The notes under the pieces: model-generated
What the model was told of the DNA's origin: nothing
The model's database searches: none
What the model saw: only the letters and a program-made list of their open reading frames with translations
Shown here: in pieces, positions 8,773-15,142 of the stretch
Position numbering within the stretch: the first letter of the stretch is position 1
Layout: each line of letters starts with the position of its first letter
Translations under genes and position numbers: made by a program
DNA from: Polyangiales bacterium
Lineage (GTDB): Bacteria; Myxococcota_A; Polyangia; Polyangiales; Houyiibacteriaceae
Reading direction: 5' to 3'
Assembly (NCBI GenBank): GCA_045106895.1
Contig: JBGCFM010000015.1
Span: forward strand, 1 to 19,928
Length of the DNA stretch: 19,928 nt

Positions 8773-8790
8773 GGCGCGTCGCTCGCCTGC

Positions 8791-9198
8791 TTAGGCTTTG
8801 GGAGGCCGGTTCGGAGCGTCGCGTCGATGTCGAATCCACAACGCCGCGACGGCACACAGGGCGACCTCGACGCCGACCAGCATCCACTGCTTGTTGGAGT
8901 CTGCGCCTTCGAGTGCGAGTCCCACGAAGCGCGCTAGGAGGTAGCCAGCCGAGAGGCAAAACGCGGCCCACGCGACGACAACGGTCCAGGGCCGCTTCCA
9001 AGGTTTGACGACGAGCACCATACCGAGGCTCACGCCCAGACCCCAGCGCACGTGACGTTCGACGGCTTCGAACAGGTCCGGCGCGGGATCGAACTCTTGG
9101 ACGAGCGTCGGCGCGAAGCAGAGGACCAGCGACGCCAAGGCACAGACTCCGCCAAGAAGCTGAGTGGCGGACAGTCGGGCGGGCGCGGGTTGAGTCAC
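8791..9198 (-). CDS. Small integral membrane protein, DUF4345-like
   Basis: About four hydrophobic helices; 'LLARFVGLALEG' and 'VEVAL' motifs; GTG start with a TAGGCT -10 hexamer 6 nt upstream. Confidence 0.7.
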   Translation of the reverse strand: MTQPAPARLSATQLLGGVCALASLVLCFAPTLVQEFDPAPDLFEAVERHVRWGLGVSLGMVLVVKPWKRPWTVVVAWAAFCLSAGYLLARFVGLALEGADSNKQWMLVGVEVALCAVAALWIRHRRDAPNRPPKA

Positions 9199-9201
9199 GT
9201 A

Positions 9202-9247
9202 GAGAGCCTACCGGATAGTAGGCTCTCGCCCGCAAATGAAGCGGGCG
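9202..9247. promoter_or_regulatory. Two abutting perfect inverted repeats: GAGAGCCTAC-N6-GTAGGCTCTC and CGCCCGC-N7-GCGGGCG
   Basis: Read directly at 9202-9227 and 9227-9247; the first contains the -10 hexamer of the downstream gene. Confidence 0.55.
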
Positions 9248-9258
9248 GCGCCGGGTCT

Positions 9259-10956
9259 TCAGTGCGCGCTGAGCACGTGACCAGCGTCGTCTGAGTCGTC
9301 TGTTCGGCGAACGCTGCTCTCGCTCGCGATGGCTGCGTCCACGTTTAGGCCTCGAACCGGCAAAGGGTGCACGTGGCTCGGCGGAATACTGCGCACGAAG
9401 ATCGGCGGCGTCACTACGAAGGAGTCGCCGAAGCCCATGAGGCTGCCGGTGGTGCGGTCCATGGCGAAGGAGAGGGCCTCCGTGCCGGGTCCGCCGTCGA
9501 AGCGCTCCCAACCGTGGGCCGTCAAGAAGAAGCTCGCGTTCGGACCGACGGCGAGGAGGCCGTGCGCAGCGTCGAAGAGGAGCGCCGCCGCGGACGCGGG
9601 GACCGGGTACATGTCGACCCGGAACCACGCGTCGCGGAAGAGCCAGAGCTGCCCTTCGACGAGGGCGTAGACGCCGACGGGCGTGGCCACCAAGTTGGTA
9701 GGCTGCGCCGGGAGCGTCGACGAGAGCGTTCGCAGCGTCTCTCCATCGTGCGTCCACGTAGACGTCGCGATCTGAACAACAAGTCGCGACGAGCGTTCGT
9801 CCCAGGCGAGGTGCATCGCGTCATCCGGTTCGACTTCGTCCATGTCGTCGTCGCTGATGGTGGCGAAAGTGGTCCACTGAGACTCGCCGGCGGGCGAGAG
9901 AAAGAGCTCGCCGTCGCGGGTGATGGTGAAGGCGTCGCCATCTTCGTTCATCGTGAGCGCGTCGATGAGCTGCCCGTCGGGCAGAGGCGCCTTGATGAGG
10001 TTCCAGGTGCGTCCGTCGAGGCGATAGAGTGCGCGCGTGGCTGCGTCACTGGCGATGACCCCGCGGTGGCTGCCGAAGACATGGGAAGGCGAGCAACCTT
10101 GAAGGCCCGGGGTCGCTTCGACGACGCCGGCGCGCCATACGTGGGTCTGGCTCGAGGCGAGGTCGCCACCGAGCATGAGGAGCGCCGCGTCTTCGAGGAG
10201 TGTGTCCTCATCGGCGAGGGACACGAGGACCCGGCACGAGGTGGCGCCGGCGTCGCCGAGGGGCTCGCCGCTTGGAACGCGGACAAGCTCAAAGCGCTCG
10301 TCGTGTTGCTGAAGTGCGACGGCGCCCTGTCCCGGAAAGATCGTGACGCCGGAGGCCACGGCGCATTCGAGGTCCTCCCAGAACTCTCCGTTGAAGGAGA
10401 ACGTCGCGGCGTCCGTCGCGTCTGCGCCGATGACCCCGTGCTCCTCGTCGAAGGCCAAGCTGCTCAGCTCGGGGCCACGGCACATTTGAGCGAGGGCGCC
10501 GCCTTCGATGCGAAACGTAAAGCCCGCGGCGTCGACGGGGGTGAGGTGAAAGAGCGCGCCGAACTCGGGCACGTGCGTGGCCACGGCGTGGCGCAGGTCG
10601 CCTTCGTGCTCGAGACCCGGAAGGCCGGCGAAGTCCGAAAGCTGCGGCAGCGCAAAGACCTGTGCGTCGCGCGGCGCGCTGAGGCGCCGAAGTGTGAGCT
10701 TGGAGGTGCCCTCGTTGACGGTTCCCACGACGACCTCTTCGACGTCGGGATCGTAGTAGGCGAAGAGACCTTGAGGATGAACGGACTTCACCGGGGCGCG
10801 CCATTCTGCCGCCCATGCGGAGCCGTTCCATCGATGACCGACGAGGGCTTCTTGGACCTCGAATCGCCAGACGTTTTTGCGTCCGGGATCGACGACGACA
10901 ACAGGGGAAAGCGTGGAGCAGGGCCCCCCGCCGAATAGCGTTCTCCAGCTAGTCAT
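9259..10956 (-). CDS. Hypothetical 565-aa beta-propeller (degenerate kelch-like repeats), no signal peptide
   Basis: Recurring blade motifs AYYDPD, LAFDEE, LAWDER, LLFDAA, FAMDRT and WNGSAW, FNGEFW, LDGRTW. ATG 10956 chosen because the longer ORF overlaps the racemase gene. Confidence 0.72.
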   Translation of the reverse strand: MTSWRTLFGGGPCSTLSPVVVVDPGRKNVWRFEVQEALVGHRWNGSAWAAEWRAPVKSVHPQGLFAYYDPDVEEVVVGTVNEGTSKLTLRRLSAPRDAQVFALPQLSDFAGLPGLEHEGDLRHAVATHVPEFGALFHLTPVDAAGFTFRIEGGALAQMCRGPELSSLAFDEEHGVIGADATDAATFSFNGEFWEDLECAVASGVTIFPGQGAVALQQHDERFELVRVPSGEPLGDAGATSCRVLVSLADEDTLLEDAALLMLGGDLASSQTHVWRAGVVEATPGLQGCSPSHVFGSHRGVIASDAATRALYRLDGRTWNLIKAPLPDGQLIDALTMNEDGDAFTITRDGELFLSPAGESQWTTFATISDDDMDEVEPDDAMHLAWDERSSRLVVQIATSTWTHDGETLRTLSSTLPAQPTNLVATPVGVYALVEGQLWLFRDAWFRVDMYPVPASAAALLFDAAHGLLAVGPNASFFLTAHGWERFDGGPGTEALSFAMDRTTGSLMGFGDSFVVTPPIFVRSIPPSHVHPLPVRGLNVDAAIASESSVRRTDDSDDAGHVLSAH

Positions 10957-11122
10957 GTTCGGACTACGACCTAGCGCCAAAGATCTTCCCTGGCGAGACT
11001 TTGGGGTACTTCTGAGAGCGTTCGTGTCCCGCAGGCGCGGCGCCCAAATCCCCGGACTTTCTTCAATCGCAGGGCGAAAAGAGCGCAGATAAGGTCGAAT
11101 CTGGTGCTTTTGAGTCGGGCGC

Positions 11123-11872
11123 CTACAGAACGAGAGCCAAGGTGTCGACGCTTCCAAGGTCGATCCCAAACGCCCGCTTGGCGGCCGCGCGTGTGCGTTC
11201 GCCGTCTCCGCTCGTGAGTGCATGATGCAGGCCCTGACCCACGTTTTGCACAGCTGCATGGCAGACCCTGCGCGCAAAGGCCTCGCACGGGTCCAAGAGC
11301 GGAGCCTCGGTGAACTGGCGGAAGACTGGCGTGAGCGCTGGGTAGTGGGTGCAGGCGAGAAGGATCGCGTCGGACTTCGCCGCGGCGACAACGAGCGCCT
11401 CGACGTCGCGTTCCACAACCACGCCGTTGAGCCGGCCTGCTTCCACGTGCGCCGAGAGCGTTTGCGCGGGCAGCGCGATCACATCGCGTCCGGCGGCACG
11501 GAGTCTTCGCTCGTGCACACGGGCATCAATGGTCCCCTCGCCGCCAAGAACGGCGATGGTCTGGGCTCCCGAGGCCAATGCGATGCCGACTCCGTCGTCG
11601 ATGATTCCCACGATGGGACACGGGGGATCATGAAGCTGCTCGAGTGCAACACTCGCGGCGTTGCATGCCACCGCAACCTGCGTCACGCCGCGCTTCATGA
11701 GAGCGCTGGACAGCCGCCGGAGTCGATCGGCAAGCTGTGGCGCTGGCACCGTCCCATAGGGCGCGTAGCCGCTGTCGCTGATGTAGATGGTGTCCAGGTT
11801 TGGGGCTTGCTCGCGAATTGCATTCCATGTCGGCACGCCGCCGATTCCCCAATCGAGCACCGCCAAGCTCAT
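11123..11872 (-). CDS. murI: Glutamate racemase (MurI)-like Asp/Glu racemase with atypical motifs
   Basis: DWGIGG (canonical DSGxGG), APYG, ACNAAS (canonical ACNTAS), LACTHYP; both catalytic Cys present; ATGA overlap with the upstream gene. Confidence 0.85.
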   Translation of the reverse strand: MSLAVLDWGIGGVPTWNAIREQAPNLDTIYISDSGYAPYGTVPAPQLADRLRRLSSALMKRGVTQVAVACNAASVALEQLHDPPCPIVGIIDDGVGIALASGAQTIAVLGGEGTIDARVHERRLRAAGRDVIALPAQTLSAHVEAGRLNGVVVERDVEALVVAAAKSDAILLACTHYPALTPVFRQFTEAPLLDPCEAFARRVCHAAVQNVGQGLHHALTSGDGERTRAAAKRAFGIDLGSVDTLALVL

Positions 11873-13152
11873 GGGTAGCTTTGAGGCGCGACCCAGTCGC
11901 CATGGACGGGGCCCGAGTCAAAGGCGAGGACGCGGGCGCTGAGGCCCAGGTTGAGGCGCTCGACCTTTCGCCCCGGGAAGCGACTCTCGAGGTACCAGAC
12001 CATCTCGTGCTCAGCGCGGATCGGATTGTAGGCGAGCATCTCGCGCCAACCAGGGTGCGCGACGAGCTTCGCGCGCGCCTTCTGGTAGGCCGGGTGACGT
12101 CGGTCGTTGAACCAGGTCTTCGCTTTGGTCAGCAGCAGCTCCGGAACCTGACGCGTGCGCACTGGCGCCGTCACCATGTCGACGACGAGGAGGCGGCCGC
12201 CGGGCCGAAGCACGCGCATCACCTCGCTCATGAGCGGATCCCAATCGAGGTAGCGAAACGAAAGCAGCGAGGTGACAACGTCGACGCTCTGATCTTCCAG
12301 GGGAAGCCTCGGACCTTCAATGGTCTCGAAGCGGAGCTTTGGGTTGTCTTCGCTGTCTTTCTTCGCGAGGCGAATCATTCCCTCCGATGCGTCGACGCCA
12401 ACGCCGCTCCGCAGGCGAGTGCTCAGCTGACGAAGGAGCGCACCGTTACCGCAGCCAATGTCGAGGACGTCGACGTGTGTCTTGGGAAGGTGCTCGCTAA
12501 GAAAGCGCCATTCATCGGCACGCACGCGAATGTCCGCGAAGGTAGCGGCGTAGAGTTCAGCGACCTCGTCGTAGCTGCCGCCGGAGTCGCGCTGTCTCGG
12601 CGGATCGAAGCGCTTGAGGGGCTCGGCCGTGGCAAACCCCGAGTACTTGATGACGGAGCCTCGCAGCCCGTGGGATTTGCGTCCTTTGCAGCCGATGACG
12701 AAGAGCTCGCCGGCCCTCTTCGGGCGGACGAAGCGCTCTGGGCTCGCGGAGAAGGTCGTGTACCAGTGGTAGCCGTGACAAGGCACGTCGAAGGTGCGGG
12801 CGAAGAAGGCGGCAAACCAGCGACCGGTTCGGCAAGCGTGAAACGTCGCTTCGGCGCCGGGCGCGAAGGGGATGTCGAGCTCTCGCCACTCGTGCGGGCT
12901 GAACTGCTCCGGCATCGAGGTGGTGCGAAACATTGGGCCGTACATGCCCGCGTGTCCCACGAAGTGCAGCGCGCGAATCGACCCACAAGACTGAACAGCG
13001 TCGACGAACTCACGCTTGGTTTCGATGCGGTCCAGCTGAACGCGATGCCCTTCGCGTTCGAGTCGTTTCGCCATCGTCTTTGCGGCGCGCTCAAGCTCAG
13101 CTCCGCCTTCGCGGTACTTCGTTGTGTAGCCGATCCAGGTGATGGCGCTCAT
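11869..13152 (-). CDS. Fusion protein (427 aa): N-terminal caspase/CHAT-like His-Cys domain + C-terminal class I SAM methyltransferase
   Basis: Methyltransferase motifs 'VLDIGCGNG', 'GVDASEGM', 'LPLEDQSVDVV', 'RVLRPGG'. N-domain motifs 'LHFVGHAG' (H67) and 'FHACRTG' (C107). ATG 13152 overlaps the upstream stop (ATGA). Confidence 0.88.
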   Translation of the reverse strand: MSAITWIGYTTKYREGGAELERAAKTMAKRLEREGHRVQLDRIETKREFVDAVQSCGSIRALHFVGHAGMYGPMFRTTSMPEQFSPHEWRELDIPFAPGAEATFHACRTGRWFAAFFARTFDVPCHGYHWYTTFSASPERFVRPKRAGELFVIGCKGRKSHGLRGSVIKYSGFATAEPLKRFDPPRQRDSGGSYDEVAELYAATFADIRVRADEWRFLSEHLPKTHVDVLDIGCGNGALLRQLSTRLRSGVGVDASEGMIRLAKKDSEDNPKLRFETIEGPRLPLEDQSVDVVTSLLSFRYLDWDPLMSEVMRVLRPGGRLLVVDMVTAPVRTRQVPELLLTKAKTWFNDRRHPAYQKARAKLVAHPGWREMLAYNPIRAEHEMVWYLESRFPGRKVERLNLGLSARVLAFDSGPVHGDWVAPQSYP

Positions 13153-13634
13153 GGGGTCTTTGTCCAAGGTACGGACGAGCAGATCAACGCCGGATCCGAT
13201 GGGACCCATGCGCCGCACTCATCGCTCACGACGAGGACCTTCTCGCCGCTCACATCCCACACGCGCATGCCGTGGATCGCCGCCTGGTAGCGGTGAAGGC
13301 TCAACCCGCCCTCCGGCGCTACCATGTCGTGAATCACGTTGGCTTCAATATGCAAGAGCGCAGGCGCGTCGTGCGTCTCCGTTGCGACAACGCGGAGCGC
13401 GCCGTCCTCGAAGGCAAAGCGCCGCTCCACGAAACGCCCTTCGACGAGGTGAATCGTCCCGGAAGATTCTCCGTGATCATGAGGTGCACATCGAGCGCCG
13501 GGCCTCCAGCGCATCGCCAGCAGTTCGCATTCGTCGTCGGAGGAGGAGAGGAGCGTGCGGCCATAGGGCTCGTTGCTCTCAGGCTCCTGAAACACCGGCG
13601 GCATAGGAGAGGGAACTGGCTCACGCGTCGTCAT
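13149..13634 (-). CDS. Cysteine dioxygenase-like cupin (thiol dioxygenase); start could be 13661 TTG, 13634 or 13604
   Basis: 'YGRTLL' (Tyr/Arg), 'PHDHGESSG' + 'IHDM' (3-His metal site), 'SLHRY' (Ser-His-Tyr triad). Confidence 0.85.
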   Translation of the reverse strand: MTTREPVPSPMPPVFQEPESNEPYGRTLLSSSDDECELLAMRWRPGARCAPHDHGESSGTIHLVEGRFVERRFAFEDGALRVVATETHDAPALLHIEANVIHDMVAPEGGLSLHRYQAAIHGMRVWDVSGEKVLVVSDECGAWVPSDPALICSSVPWTKTP

Positions 13635-13720
13635 CGGCGCCCCAATTTGGACGGTTTTCAAGAAACTTCAACCACGCTCGCCTCCTTGAACGAGTCGCCG
13701 GCAAGGCGTATTCCCGGCAT

Positions 13721-15019
13721 GTGGATGATTCATCAACGCCGCAGGTGAAGCTGCCGCCTCCCGCTGTGCAGGCGCCACCCGATCCGGCCGCACACAACGA
13801 GTCGCTCCAGATCGCTCGGCTCTTTCTGACGACGCTGAAAGCTCGGCGCCCCTACGCGACGTGGGGTATCGCTGTGCTCATTGGGATGGTCTTCGCGCTC
13901 CAGCTCTACGTTGGCCACATGGAAGTCAACGCCACGTTCATTCGCCTGGGCGCGCTCTACCCGCCGCGCGTGTTTGAAGCGGGCGAGTTCTGGCGTCTCG
14001 CCAGCTGCACGTTGCTCCACGCGGACTGGATGCACGTGGGCTTCAACGTGTACGTACTCATCATTCTCGGCATCTTCGTCGAACGAATCCTCGGCACGCC
14101 ACGCTTCCTCGTTCTGTACGTGTGCTCCGCCTTCGCTGGAAGCGTCGGTAGCCTCTTCTTCTTGGGCGCAAGCTTCAGCGTTGGCGCATCCGGCGCCGTG
14201 TGGGGCCTTCTCGGAGCGCACGCCGTTCTGGCCTTCAAGCCAACGGGTCTATTGCCCGAACTCATGCTCCCCGGCGTGAAGCGGGCGGCGATGATCAACC
14301 TCGGTCTCAACGTCGTTTTCTCGTTCCAGGCCGGCATAGACACCTGGGCGCACTTCGCTGGAGGTGCGTGCGGCGCGTTGGTCTTCTTAACGCTGAGCCG
14401 CTCGGTTCCACGCGTTCCCAAGAGCATCCAAGAAGGCGTTCCTGCCCAGGTCCCAGCTCCGAAGTTCATGTGGCCACTGGGTCTCGGAGCCATGGCGTTG
14501 CTCGTCTCGCTCACGGGAGTCGCCATCGCGCAAGGCAACCCGTTCAACTTGGACACCGCCCCAGTTTTCGAGCGCGTGGACAACGAGTGGTTGGGCTTGA
14601 GCGTCGAACTGCCCTCGCCGCTTCTCGCGAACACGGAACAAGTCTCGGACAATGAGAGTCGCGAGCTCGTCGTGGGCAACGCTGTCGAAGACACCATGAT
14701 GGTTCGTGTGTTCACGCAGGCGGTGGACGGCCCCCCGCTCAGCCCTGCAGAGGTAGACCAAGAGCTTACGTCCATCGAGAGCCTCGCGCTTCCTCCGGAA
14801 GATGCGACTCGAGCGTCGCCCCCGGAAAGGATGAGCATCGGTGGCCAGCAAGCTGTGATGGTGCGAGACCGACTCGAAAGCGAGATTCTCCTCGATCGTT
14901 TGTTCGTCGTTTTCCCGAACCGTTTGGTTCGCGTCGCCGTCTATCGATGGCCTGGCTTCGTTGAGGCGTCGCCCGAAGACACGGCCCGACGCATCGCTGA
15001 GAGTGTTCTATTCCTCTGA
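13721..15019 (+). CDS. Rhomboid intramembrane serine protease with a C-terminal soluble domain
   Basis: 'FWRL', 'HADWMHVGFN', catalytic 'GASGA' and 'AHFAGG'; extra TM helix, then a ~160-aa soluble domain. Confidence 0.92.
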   Translation: MDDSSTPQVKLPPPAVQAPPDPAAHNESLQIARLFLTTLKARRPYATWGIAVLIGMVFALQLYVGHMEVNATFIRLGALYPPRVFEAGEFWRLASCTLLHADWMHVGFNVYVLIILGIFVERILGTPRFLVLYVCSAFAGSVGSLFFLGASFSVGASGAVWGLLGAHAVLAFKPTGLLPELMLPGVKRAAMINLGLNVVFSFQAGIDTWAHFAGGACGALVFLTLSRSVPRVPKSIQEGVPAQVPAPKFMWPLGLGAMALLVSLTGVAIAQGNPFNLDTAPVFERVDNEWLGLSVELPSPLLANTEQVSDNESRELVVGNAVEDTMMVRVFTQAVDGPPLSPAEVDQELTSIESLALPPEDATRASPPERMSIGGQQAVMVRDRLESEILLDRLFVVFPNRLVRVAVYRWPGFVEASPEDTARRIAESVLFL

Positions 15020-15142
15020 CTATTCCTGTGGTCGGCACTCCCAAGCCAGAGGGGTTTCGCCGGGAGCCCTCGATCCAGCGTCTCCTGGAGATAGCCACAA
15101 CGTAGAGGTTCCAGTAGTGGCGTTCCGGCGTAACGCGGCACG

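Noticed and set aside
11077..11111. Imperfect hairpin with A/T tails after the racemase gene as a terminator
   Set aside because: The stem has mismatches and a large loop; too weak to call.
10957..11418. N-terminal extension making a 719-aa ORF
   Set aside because: Overlaps the racemase gene in another frame and is low-complexity R/S/P-rich; ATG 10956 is more plausible.
13153..13218. Earlier start for the methyltransferase fusion
   Set aside because: Lies within the CDO gene; the ATGA overlap supports 13152.
9367..13290. Long plus-strand ORFs 9367..10938, 11222..11878 and 11800..13290
   Set aside because: Antisense shadows typical of high-GC coding DNA; the motif-bearing genes are on the minus strand.
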